Below, piece after piece: positions 40,251-52,177 of a stretch of DNA of 64,000 nucleotides. The notes under the pieces were generated by a model. It ran no database searches and was not told the DNA's origin. It saw nothing but the letters and a program-made list of their open reading frames with translations. Origin of the DNA: Diadema antillarum (Eukaryota); contig NW_027271671.1 in NCBI RefSeq assembly GCF_040938485.1, positions 868,001 through 932,000 of the forward strand, in the 5' to 3' direction. The stretch's first letter is position 1, and each line of letters starts with the position of its first letter. Both the position numbers and the translations under genes were made by a program.

Positions 40251-43200
40251 CCGTCTACATGACCATTATCAACAATTCTATTCTCAGTCTCATCGTGATC
40301 GCTTGTGCATTCTTCGAACACAAAATCACTGAGCTTAATAGATTGAGAACAAATTATTACATAAATACAACATAATTATTATGAATTACATTGGCAGTTC
40401 AGTATATCAGTTATGTGTTAAATTCACGTTGTCCGAACTCTACTTGGCTCGATAGCTGTATCAAGTAAAAAAAAAAAATAAATAAGTAAAAAATTACCAG
40501 GTAATTCAACATGACTCATGGCTTTTGGTGCACCTATTTTTTAGATTGGTTGTTTGTGTGTTTGTTTGTTGTTGCTTTTACAGTACTTGACATTAGTGTT
40601 AAGATCACAGATGACTTCAAGTCACATGACACGGGTGTTACACCCTTAAACGTGACTAGTGCGCACAATTTTCAACTTAGTGTCATCGGGATTAACAGAC
40701 TGCCGCCATCCTAAATTTGCTGTGTAAAACATGGTGTGTGGTGGGGTTTGTTTTTTTTTTTTTTTTTTGGCTCTTTCAATTCATTTTTTTGAGAATGTTT
40801 ATTACAATAATTGTTTCTCTCATTTCTAAAAGAATAGCTCTCTATAGCATATAGGTATAAAGAAAGTGAGTAGCAGTGTACACGCGGAAGAAAAAGAGAA
40901 TGTCAAAATTTTCAAAAGATCTGTATTCAGATTTTGGGGGGATATTCCTCACTCAGGCATTCTTGCAGACTTATTCAACCATTTGCTCTAAATTAAAAAC
41001 AAAAAGAGGAAACAAATGACATTGTGAAATAATGCACACGGTTCAAATATTGCATCTGTTAGATTATTCAGTTTTTCAATCAAAAATAGACATGTATAGA
41101 AATCTTTATATACGGGTGTAAAGATTGAACATTGTATGAAGTATAACAGCTGTATGACGTGAATCAACAATAAGCTTTATTGATTTCGATTAGTTTCTAG
41201 TATAGTCTGAAATTTGTGACGGCGCTTTCGAACGCAATATTGTGCTGGTTACTTGCGTATTTGTAAATGAGTATTACTGTATACATATCGATTGATTATG
41301 GATAACAACATGAAAACAATCTTTGGGAAACCATGTAAAAACAGCTATTCCATTCTAATATTGGCTACAGCCAGCCATTTCGTGAGATGGAAAATAAAAA
41401 CAGCTACACTTTAATATATCGGCAAAAGATGGGGAACCGATGTAAACTCATTAAAATCTGCCCATCGCTGAAATTTTCTTAGATTTAAAAAATATTGCGG
41501 ACAATGTTCACAATATTTTTCAGCTTTTTCAAGGTCATGTGAATTTGGATAAAACTGTAAAAGTATAAATGCAAATGTAACAGAAAGAGACAACGAGCAC
41601 TCCCTCTATCGCTTTTTCTCCTTTTCCCTCTTTCTCTTCTGCATTCAGCTTTATACATTTTATACTGGGCTACACTCCATTTCATAGTCAGTATGCCACT
41701 TTATGTCTTAACGGCATACTCGGATCAATCTGTTGCCAATTTGGAGATTCCATGTATCATCAAAATCCTATATCTTTGATTGAGGTCAATTATGTTGAAG
41801 AGCCGCATTTCTCTGTCAGTGAGTTAGGCGAGGTAGCGGGTCGCCTTTATACCAGTTTCAGTGAATCTATTTTGAGGAGTGATAAAAGACAAGCGAAAGG
41901 TAATAGAAGCACTGACGCAGCACTACGGCCATATCTATCCCATCACACCCCTTTTGGAGACGCATATTATAGGCATCTTCGTTGGTACCGCCAATAACAG
42001 AGTTGGTGGCGTAAAGTAGGGTGGGTTGAAAGATACATGCACACTAAAACTCAAACTCTCTTCACTATTGTGGTGCTGCGAGTACTGATTTGGGGTGTCT
42101 GACACCGAATGGACGACAATATAAAGCAACTGGCATGTGGCGATAATAATGAGTATTTTACGAGATGACATGCGAGACCATTTTTCTTTTACATTTCTCC
42201 TTCTCCTCCCTTCTCGAGGTTTGCTTTCCGCTCACCGCTGTAGATATTTCTCGTTGAACTGCAGGCAACTCCCCTTTCTGAAGAGTATTTTTAAATTTTG
42301 ATATTCGAAAGCTATGTTAGTGCAGAGAGGAGGGCTAGAAAAGTGCAAAGAACCAGCTACCAAAGTTTAAAGATTGTCATCAAAGTTCATTTCAAAGATA
42401 TTTTCTATTTGTTTTGTCGTTTGTTGCTATAAGTATAGAGGAGGAAATATAATTATACATATCTTTCGAATGTATTTAGAGATCATTTTTCTTTATTAGG
42501 CGAACTAACCAATCTGATACTGCGACAAACATTTTTAATGTCAAAATACGAAATACTAAAATGAGAACGTTTATGTCAGAACTTTGTATTCCAAATTTGA
42601 TATTGCTATACACCATTGACTTCATCGAGGAAAAAATAGGAAAATACAGAAAGAAATACAAAGCAATACAAATATCATGTATATAATATTGTATTCCTCC
42701 GCTTCGGTATTCTTTTATGACACTCGGAAATGGCCAGGAAAAGTGCAATTTATACAAAGTGCTTTCAAATTGCATTGTTGCTATAAATACATCGAAAGCA
42801 ATGAAACAAACGGCACAAAAATTTAGTGGAAGCCTCTCATTGCTTTCGGGGTCAGTTTTATGAGGGTTTGTTGATAGCGGGACATCGAGACTTGAAGAAG
42901 AGACCAAAAATCAAAGAATCAATTTGGTGGTGACACGGGAGCGAAGGCGCACTGTTGCTCAAATCGCCTCGATCGCTTCAAATGTATCTGACAATGTTTG
43001 GAAATCTTGCCCGTCTCGAGACCGCATTATCTGAGGGTGGACATCTCGTTGAGTGGTTTGTGTTTAATGTGTTAATGTCTCTAGAGAGCTAGATGGCTAT
43101 TATGAAATGGTGGTTAATAATGCCAAGGCCATGTAGTCACTTATCATATATGATGTATTGATTCAAGAGACGATATGAAGACTCCTAATATATATGTATG

Positions 43201-43205
<5 letters not shown>

Positions 43206-43257
<52 letters not shown>
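43206..43257. repeat. (TA)n microsatellite
   Basis: Visible run. Confidence 0.97.
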
Positions 43258-43259
<2 letters not shown>

Positions 43260-43294
43260 CGAAAGAAGTCACCGCTAAAACATCTTTTTTGGCT

Positions 43295-43361
43295 TCTCCT
43301 GAATAATTTTGCATATGGCGTTCCATGCCAAAGACCCGGGTTCGATTCCCGGTGGAGACCA
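43295..43361 (+). pseudogene. tRNA-derived sequence (TCC in the anticodon-like loop; degenerate D arm), pseudogene or SINE head
   Basis: Perfect T arm CCGGG-TTCGATT-CCCGG, TGGC/GCCA stem around GTTCCAT, partial acceptor stem TCTCC/GGAGA, and a T5 run just downstream. The D arm and A box are shortened. Confidence 0.5.
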
Positions 43362-43472
43362 ATTTTTCAACTCTTGCGCTTTTCCGAAAAGGAGGAACAG
43401 TAAGAGGAGCAATGATGTCAAAGCTACGCACCGATTTTTCCTTCCTTTCTCATATCTCTCTCTCACACACAC

Positions 43473-43542
<70 letters not shown>

Positions 43543-43793
43543 GTTTAGTCATGTATATACACTATGTTTAGTCATACGTATTTGTAAATGCTTATATGTA
43601 TGCTTGTTTGTGATTGTATGTACGTATGTTATATTATGTAAGATTGACGCATGTATACACTCCCATTAGTGTATTCATTTTCTGCCGTCTCTGCCTCTAT
43701 CATTGTCGTTATTATTTTCATTATTGTCTTGACCATCATTATTTTTGTGGTATTTGATATCCATGTTCTGTATTTTGTCCGATTTGTCCTCAG

Positions 43794-43824
43794 TCTTGAT
43801 AAAGGGCAGGGCCCGAAAGCTCGA
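43794..43824 (+). ncRNA. Penelope-type minimal hammerhead ribozyme motif (U3-A8 variant)
   Basis: TTGATAA-A-GGGC-AGG-GCCC-GAAA-GCTC: same core as 16516-16542 with a different but fully paired stem II, palindromic AGCT and a CUC triplet. Helix I is only 2 bp. Confidence 0.5.
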
Positions 43825-43886
43825 AGTAAAATCAAATTGTGAGGATTCAAAAGCTACGTCTACTGCCTCTTCTTTACTCTCGTTAG

Positions 43887-43888
<2 letters not shown>

Positions 43889-43958
<70 letters not shown>
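43889..43958. repeat. (CA)n(TA)n compound microsatellite
   Basis: Visible run. Confidence 0.97.
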
Positions 43959-43961
<3 letters not shown>

Positions 43962-44900
43962 TAACAAAGCTGCAATATAGGTATTATATCATTGTGCTTG
44001 TGGTTTGAAGGTTTATGTATATTGCAGAAAAATTTGTTGAATATACGTAACAGAAAAGGGAAAGAAGTGTATTTGTATGTTTATAGATATTAGATGAATA
44101 ACCAGATGTATACAGATATCTAATTTTGCACCCTGTTTCTTTTTTTCTTCTTCTTCTTTTTTGGTGGGGGTGGGAAGGGGGGTTGTCATGTCAGATGTCA
44201 GGGGGCCGCGTAATGAAACCAGCAAGAAAGCACAGAGCGGATACAATACCACTTATTCTGTGCATATTTCTGCACTATGATTTTATTCTGTGCGCTAGCC
44301 GTAAGCTGCCTGAAGTTTGCCTGAGACTTACCAGACTCAAACCTTAACATGTTATCATTATTAGAATAATGACACAGAATGGTAGCATACAGGCTATCGA
44401 CAGCTGCGTGTTTAGACAATCAGAAACGTAGGCACCAAGTATTTGAATGCCTCGCTACTCTAAGACATTTCAAGGGATTATAAATAGTTTCATTCCATTG
44501 GTTTTAAGGCATTATACATAAGAATTAATGTGGTGCTATACCTGGATACTAAAAATGCTGGTTTATGATGTTACATATGGCCATCTCCCTATATATAGTC
44601 AAGCTCTGGTGTAAGCAAATACCAAGAAATCCCTCGCTTTCCTATTATTGTATGAAAACTGTACCGTAAAATGTTCACTCTGTTATATTAGTGTGCTTTC
44701 AATGTGACATCGCTTTATAGCTTTACTTTTTAAACGTTTTCGCAGTTTCTTACGTTAATGCCGACACTGTGTTAGATATTGTATCACCGCACTGACAATG
44801 GCATTTAGAAAAAAAAAACTGAACTGAACTGAACTGAAATCCGCGTGCTGCAATATTTCGTTCTGAAACGATCCTTCATAAATCAGTTTGAGGAGCCCCA

Positions 44901-45130
44901 TGTGGAGCCGGGAAATGTGCAAACGCCGGGAAATGTGCAAACGCCTGGAAATGTGCAAACGTCTCGCCGGGAAATGTGCAAACGCCGGGAAATGTGCAAA
45001 CGTCTTGCCGGGAAATGTGCAAATCTCTAAATTTCATCAACGGGAAATGTGCAAACGTGACGCCGGGAAATGTGCAAATGTTCAATTTTGCCGGGAAATG
45101 TGCAAAACGTCGCCGGGAAATGTGCAAACC
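44901..45130 (+). repeat. Left TIR: 10 iterations of an 18-bp unit
   Basis: CCGGGAAATGTGCAAACG iterated with short spacers. Confidence 0.95.
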
Positions 45131-45230
45131 ATTCATTTCACCTATATTATGTAGAGATGGAAGAGAAACTCTCAGTCAAAGCTGCGCACGATATTACCAT
45201 CTTTACCACCTGTCTTAGCGACCATCTGTC

Positions 45231-46260
45231 TTTTTATGCCTCCGCCACGAAGTGGTGCCGGAGGCATTATGTTTTCGGGTTGTCCGTCCGTACGTAGGTC
45301 CATCCGCTTTCGTTTACGCGATAACTTTAAGTAACGTACAAGTAAGATAAGTAATATTGACTGGAATTTTACCAAATTTGGTCCAAGTATAAAGTATGAT
45401 AGGGTTATTATTTGATAAGATTTTGGGTGAAATCGGCCGAAGGTCAGAGGTCAAAGGTCAAGGTCAAATCATGAAATTGCATCCGTTTACGCGATAACTC
45501 AAGACTGGATCGAGCAAATTTCACCAAACTTTGTCGGAGGATGATGTATGATGGGGCAATTACTTGATTAGTTTTCTAGTGAAATCGGACAGAGGTCAAA
45601 GGTCAAATATCAAGGTCAAATCCTAAAATTTATCTGTTTACGTGATAACTCAAAACTGAATGAAGCAGCTTTCACCAAACTTGGTCCAAGGATGATGTAG
45701 GATGGATCAATTAGTTGAGTAGATTTAGGTGACATTGGCAAGAGGTCAAAGGTCAAAAGGTCTAGGTCAAATGCTGAAAATGTTGCTATTTCTCCATATC
45801 TATGCAATGCCCAAAGGTATTTTCTTGAAGCTTAGTGTAGACATGTACTACTGCGTAAAGATTCTCCAAGGAGAGTTTCATGTCATAAGGTCAAAGGTCA
45901 AAAGGTCAAAGGTTAGGTGAAAATGTTGCAATATCACTTTTCTCGCAAATGGTTCAATGTATCTTCATGGAACTTGGTGCACGCATGTACTGACTGGCAG
46001 GGATTATCTAGGGAATTTAGGGGTCGTGGGTCAATAGTCAGGGGGTCAAAGGTCAAGGTCAACTCCTCAAAGTTTACTATTTCCCTCATATACTAGTATA
46101 TGCAATGCTTGCATTATTAGTTTTAAAACTTAATATATACGTGCATTACCTAACGGAGATTCTCCGGGAAATTTCCAGCCAGAAGATCAAAGGTCAAAGG
46201 TTAAGTGTCAAGGGCCAGGTTTCAATGCCCCCCCCAAAAAAAAAACAAAAAAAAACAAAA

Positions 46261-46293
<33 letters not shown>

Positions 46294-46623
46294 AAAACTA
46301 TCTTGTACTGTAATTACATTCTTTTTTCATACCTTGGAAATTACTCAATGCATAAACTTATAAAAGGGTCCGTCAGAAGTCAAGTAAAAATTCTCAATTT
46401 CCTAAATATGTGTACCTGCACTCCTAGACAATAATAATAGCAAACCCAGTTCAAGGAAAGTGAACATTCAAGATATTTCTGACAAACCTGTCATTTCAAT
46501 ATTTTGCCACTTATGTGAAACTGTCATCACACATTGTGAAGACATTGTACTACTAGTATACACCTATTGGGAGAATCATGCATTATGGCGGAGGCATCAG
46601 TCGCCATAGCGACATTTCTAGTT
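45231..46623 (+). mobile_element. Helentron-associated element (HINE/DINE-1-like) nested in the foldback element
   Basis: Perfect 12-bp subterminal IR ATGCCTCCGCCA / TGGCGGAGGCAT, 5' hairpin, GTCC microsatellite, about six ~150-bp core units, 3' hairpin GTCGCCATAGCGAC, and T-run flanks without a TSD. Confidence 0.85.
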
Positions 46624-46630
46624 TTTTATT

Positions 46631-47401
46631 ACATTTTCAGCATTTCCTTGCAAACCCTACAACGATTTTTCACCAGATTTGGCAGATAACATCTTAATGG
46701 TGATATGATCGTAATTTGTCAAAATGAGCCCCCCCCCCCCCCCACACACACACACCAATCCTGAGGAGGGGGAGGGGGAGGAGTTGAAGCCTCAGAGTCC
46801 CTATACCATGGTAAACGCTTGATTTTTTTTTTCTTCATCTGTCGAACCGAAAAAGAAAGAGCTAAGTTAGTGCTATGAAGACATTAATGACTAAAATTTC
46901 ATGTTTGATTATGGCGGACCCAGGGGTGCCCTTATCGGGGGTGAGGGGAGGAGGGGGATTTTCCACATTTTCAGCACATTCTCGAAAAATCTAGGACGGA
47001 TTTTCACCCAACTTGTGAAATATAGAGACAGTCATATTTATGGTAATATAATCTTGATTTGTCAAAATGCGCCCCCCCCCCCTTCGCCGAAGGGGGGGGG
47101 GGGGGGGGGGGGACTGCGGGGGGTTGAAGCTTCAACGTCCCTAAACTCTAGGACTTCTTCTGTCAAACCGATAAAGATAGAGCTAAGTTAGTGCTATGAA
47201 GACACAGCGTTAATGAATGAAATTTCATGTTTGGTTATGGCGCGGATCAAGGGGTCTCCAGATCGAGGGGGTGAGGGCAAAGAGAGGAATTTCCACATTT
47301 TCAGCATCTTCTTGAAAAATCTACGACAGATTTTCACCAAAATTGGCAGATTGCCTCTTTACGGTGATACGCACTTAATTTGTTAAAATGAGCCCCCCCC
47401 C

Positions 47402-47441
<40 letters not shown>

Positions 47442-47705
47442 TTAAGGGGGGGGGGGTTGAAGCCTCGGCGTCCCTAAACTCAATTTTTTTCTTCTTCTGT
47501 CAAACCAGAAAAGAGAGCTTAGTTAGTGCTATGAAGACATTAATGGCTGAAATTTTATTTCAAGTTTGATTGTGGCGGATCGAGGGGTGTCTTTATCGGG
47601 GGGGGGGGGTTGAGGGGGAGGAGGGGGATTTTCACACATTCTGCATCCTCTTGAGAAATCTTTGACGGATTTCCACCGAACGTGGGAGGTAGCATCTCTC
47701 ATAGG
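46631..47705 (+). repeat. ~330-bp tandem repeat, forward arm (3 full units plus a partial one)
   Basis: ACATTTTCAGCA marker at 46631, 46965, 47295 and 47636; units contain poly-C and poly-G tracts. Confidence 0.92.
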
Positions 47706-48029
47706 GTAATAGAGTCCCACTTTGTTCGAAGGGGCAACAAGTCCAAGTTGTTCCCCTTCCCCAAAGCTATAGGGATAAGACCAGGGTAGCCCCCACATCA
47801 TTTAGTAAGCAGAAGTGAAATTTCATCAAAGTATAGATCTACCTTCTAAAAATGTGATAAGATTGTGTTCTATTACTCTTGGTTGTATAGAAAATTTCTT
47901 TCCGGGTTTTTTTTTTCATATGTATAGGGTTTTCAACAAAATTCTGAATTCCACCCGAACGACCCCACCCCCTCGTGTTGGTTCCTTTCAAGTTCAAGGG
48001 GCGGAGATGAGGTAGGGGGGGGGGGGGGC

Positions 48030-50400
48030 TCCATCTCCTCCCACTTTAGGGGTTGGGGCAGTGCTCATTTAGACAAATTGAGGTCATATCACCAGATAAA
48101 TACGCTACGCTACGTTTCAAGCTTGGCAAATATCTATTATAAGGGTTTCAAGAAGAAGCTGAATAAGTGACAAATCCGCCTCCGCCGCACTTAACGTTAA
48201 TATTCATGAATTAATTTACCATAACAGGCACCAGCACTCTATTAGCTCCATCATTTTTGTATAGAAGGTTTTTTTCTTCTTTTTAAAGCTGATATATAAT
48301 TTTATTATCCGAGGGATGCGTCTTGAGTTTTCAGGAAAAAGACAAAAAATGTGAAAATTAAGCCTCCTTCCTACCCACTCACCTTGTTGGGCATCCCTTC
48401 ATCTGTCATTGTAAACTTGAGCCTACTTGTACATCATGCATTAACTGTATTTACAGTACTATCACCATAAAGATGCTATGGCCAAGTTTGGTGAAAATTC
48501 GTCATAGATTTTTCAAGAAGATGGAGAAAATTTTGAAAATCCCCCTCCTCCCCCTGGTTACAGCTCGTTATTCCGAAGGAACGTTATTCCGAGGGCTCTT
48601 TTATTCCTAAGATTCGTTATTCCGAAGGTTCATTGTTCCGAATTTTATTTACGGATTAACCAGTCTTCCGAAGGTTCATTGTTCCGAATTTTATTTACGG
48701 ATTAACCAGTCTTCGGAATAACAAAACTTCGAGATAAAGCCACAAATTTTCGGATTAACGAACCCTTTTTCATTTTCGGATTAACGAACCTCTAGGTATA
48801 GGGACTTTGCGTATTTCGGATTAACGGCCCTTTGGAATAACGTACCTTCGGAACAGCGAGCCTTCGGAATAACGAACAGCACCCCCTCCCCCTCACCCTC
48901 ACCTACCCCCGATCAGAGCACGCCTAGATCCGCCATAATCAAACATGAGATTTCGGTCATTAATGGCTTTACAGCACTAACTTTTTTGGTTCGACAGAAG
49001 TAAAAAGAAAAAAATCAAGAGAAGAATAGGGACTCTGAGGTTTCACCCCCCCCCCCCCCCTCCTCGTCGGCGGGGAGGGGGGGGGAGGAGGGGGATTCAA
49101 TTTAAGAAATTAAGATCGAATCACCATAATCAATCTGCCAAGTTTGGTATAAAATCCGTCATATATTTTACAAGACTATGCAGAAAATGTGGAAAATCCC
49201 CCTCACACCCCTTATATAGCGCACTCCTGAACCCGTCATAATCAAACCTGAAACTTTAGTAACTGTAGTGTCTTCATATAACGTAGTTCCATATTCTTCG
49301 GTTCAACAGAAGAAGATTACAGATTCCAGAGTTTAGGGACCTAAAACTTCCACCCCTCCTCCCCACCCCCCCCCCCCCTCCCCCTTTGGCGATGGGAGGG
49401 GGTGGAGCTCATTTTACCATATAAGACCATATCACCGTAAAGATGGTATCTGCCAAGTTTGGTGAAAATCCTTCTTGGGATTTATCAAGAAGATGCAGTA
49501 AATGTGGACAATCCCCCTCCTCTCCATTACTTCCCCTCCCCCCACCCCCAATCAGGGCACCCCTGGATCTGCCATAATCAAACATGAAATTTCAGTCATA
49601 CAAGGCACTAACTTAGCTCTATCTTTTTTTTTTTGTTCGACAGAAAAAGATTTTTAAAAATCCAGAGTTTAGGGACTCTGAGGCTTAAACCCCCCCCCCC
49701 CCTTTTTCGGCCGGGGGGGGGGGGGGAGGATTGGGGGCTAATTTCAATTCATAAAGATCATATCACCGTAATGAGGCTATCTGACAAGTTTCGGGAAAAT
49801 CTGTCCTAGACTTTTCAAGAAGATACTGACAATGTAGAAAATCCCTCTCCTCCCCTCACCCCCTCCCCCGCGATCCGGACGGAAGTTTTTGTGGAAGTTT
49901 TTGTGATGTACAATTGTTGAATATGCAAAAACAGATTTACAGATCGAAAATTAGACTCTCAATGCTTTTAATTAGGCTAAAATATCATCTTGAGCTTAAT
50001 TTGCATAATTAATTGATTTGAATTAGAAATTGATTGTTTCAAAAAATCTTATGACACAATCTTTTGTAGATTATGACGTGGGTCTCACGCATGCGAAATT
50101 TCATCGCGATCGCACCACCAGTGGCCGAGATCTCATGGGGGGGGGGGGGGGGGCGGTGTGAGCATAGCAAAAAAAAAAACATCCTAGCTCATTCTTATTT
50201 GGTTATATAATACAAGAAGAATTTCGATAATACCGTAGTTTGGGGACTTAATTGAGCCCCCCTCCCCTTTTTCGGGGGGGGGGGGGGTGGTGGCTACTAT
50301 ATAAACAAATTGAGATCCCATTGCCATAATCGTACTACCTGCCAATTTTGTTGAAAATCTGTCAAGGATTTTATTAAGAAAATCTAAATGGTGGAAGTTC
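48030..50400 (-). repeat. ~330-bp tandem repeat, inverted arm (about 5-6 units, interrupted)
   Basis: Reverse complement of the 46631-47705 unit (GAAAATCCCCCTCC near 48536, 49192, 49508, 49838). Diverged units lie at ~48040-48400 and 50230-50400. Confidence 0.85.
48556..48883. mobile_element. MITE with iterated TTCGTTATTCCGAAGG subrepeats and a 4-bp TSD
   Basis: GGT...ACC ends, with CCCT duplicated on both sides (48552-55, 48884-87). Subrepeats are inverted between the halves. Removing it restores one 330-bp unit. Confidence 0.8.
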
Positions 50401-50459
50401 ATGGGCAGTTTTGATATGGAGTTTATCTATTATCTTTATACACAATGTCGCTAAAGTAA

Positions 50460-50724
50460 ATGATTTGCACATTTCCCGGCGACGTTTTGCACATTTCCCG
50501 GCAAAATTGAACTTTTGCACATTTCCCGGCGTCATGTTTGCACATTTCCCGTTGATGAAATTTGCACATTTCCCGGCGAGACGTTTGCACATTTCCCGGC
50601 GTTTGCACATTTCCAGGCAAGATGTTCGCACATTTCCCGGCGTTTGCACATTTCCCGGCGAGACGTTTGCACAATTCCCGGCGTTTGCACATTTCCCGGC
50701 GTTTGCACATTTCCCGGCTCCACA
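50460..50724 (-). repeat. Right TIR: 12 iterations of the 18-bp unit
   Basis: CGTTTGCACATTTCCCGG iterated; reverse complement of the left TIR. Confidence 0.95.
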
Positions 50725-51588
50725 CCCCACTCCTCACCGACCCAATAACCCGAACCTCGTAACTCCCAACTCCGACAGGCAATGACATAGTGAGCTGGCT
50801 GCGACTGCCTAGCAGTACCTCTCATACAAAAGAAGAAGTTTGAGGTGATGATTATTAATCGTGGTAATTGTCTCGGACTGCCGAGTACGTGTTCTCATCA
50901 GAGTGAATAACTTGTGTCTGACGTAGACCGAGGTGGCGACAAACTGCTGATAAATCTCGTCTAATTTCGCTATTTTGTGTCACAGAGGTAACATCCATCA
51001 TCAAGTGTATATAATTCTCATAAAACATTTCGTGTTGCTTCCCATCTCAGTCCAACAGAATTCCGTCTCTTTTTCCTTTTCATTTCCTCGTAGCTACAAG
51101 TCAATATTTCCATTTTTTAAAATATCTTAACTGTCATTAGGTCTATATTTCTATATCACTGGACAAAATATAGTAGGGAGAATCACGACGACAAAATGTA
51201 AATACATTGTGTATTTTATGTGCGACTCTCATCCCTACAAAAGACAAAAGATCAGAGTCATAATATTGAATGATAATATTATGTAAACTTCTTAATTCGT
51301 AGTATGCCCTTTTTCATGTTTGACTTATAATTCAATGCTGATGCGTTAAAAAAAACGGTCGCTGAATTCTCATAAATCCATAAAGACAAAGAAGGAAGAC
51401 GCTTTGCTCTCATGTCCTGAGCAAACGAATCTCCCTGATGCAGGACACAATCACCTCTCGTGCCACACTGGACGGTGGTATGTGTGCTGGCATAATGACA
51501 CGGAGTGTGGGTGAAACCGAACCTATCCAACGCAATCCTGCAAGATAATTGGCGTTACATTCAATTTGCTAAAAAACATGTAAGTTAA

Positions 51589-52177
51589 AGCCCCGGTCAC
51601 ACAGCGCTTTACGGCTAAATCACGGCCAAAACCCGTCTAAAAGTGGTCTCCCGTGAAGCAGACGATGTTGTTCGCGTTGATGTCGAGATTAAGACGAGCT
51701 ACGGTCGATTTATAGACGTGGCAGGACGCGGTAAAAAGTTTTGAACTGCTCAAAATTTTACTCCGCGGACAACCACGGGTGGCACAAGTGGTAAAGACGT
51801 GCAACACACGTGAAACATGCGTGATAATCCTTGTTCCGGCAGTGATTAAAACTTGGGGAGACGCGGTAAGACGCGAAAATTTTGCGGACAGAGCACGGTC
51901 ATCTGACTCGTTACGCGTTGGTATATCACTGGAAGTAGCGTGTGTTTAGCGGCTTATCACTGACAAACTGATTTTTCTGCGTACATACTCGTGGCTGGAC
52001 GTGGTTAGCCGTGCTTAGGCAGTGCTTCAGCAGTGGAACAGCTGCCAACGGCCATACCCCGTACAAAGCACGGCCAAACCAAAATTGACCAAAAAATTAC
52101 CACTGACGACCACGTCCATCAGATTTTCATAACTTTTTGTACGTGATTTAGACGTAAAGTGCTGTGTGACCAGGGTA
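51589..52177. mobile_element. PIF/Harbinger-type MITE
   Basis: ~37-bp imperfect TIR CCCCGGTCACACAGCGCTTTACGGCTAAATCACG / CGTGATTTAGACGTAAAGTGCTGTGTGACCAGGG, TAA TSD on both sides, and internal palindrome AAAAGTTTTGAACTGCTCAAAATTTT. Confidence 0.85.

Larger units (their letters stand above)
44901..50724. mobile_element. Foldback-like non-autonomous DNA transposon with TGT...ACA ends and a 5-bp TSD (Ginger-like termini)
   Basis: Ends TGTGGAGCCGGG / CCCGGCTCCACA. The direct repeat CCCCA flanks both ends (44896-900, 50725-29). TIRs are built from CCGGGAAATGTGCAAACG units (10 left, 12 right) with matching inner spacers. No transposase ORF. Confidence 0.85.

Noticed and set aside
42476-42907. 143-aa hydrophobic ORF resembling a membrane protein
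   Set aside because: F/I/L/Y enrichment is expected from AT-rich DNA; it has a non-ATG start and no motif.
44901-45130. CRISPR-like appearance of the 18-bp repeats
   Set aside because: Spacers are 0-16 bp, non-unique and mirrored in the other TIR; there are no cas genes; the context is eukaryotic.
44755-45297. Cluster of overlapping ORFs with repetitive peptides (REMCKR, PGNVQT); mirrored at 50374-50825
   Set aside because: Artefact of the stop-free 18-bp TIR unit, which is open in most frames on both strands.
50870-50900. CTGATGA on the minus strand followed by a hairpin (hammerhead-like)
   Set aside because: GAAA is replaced by GAGA and stem II cannot pair from the core.
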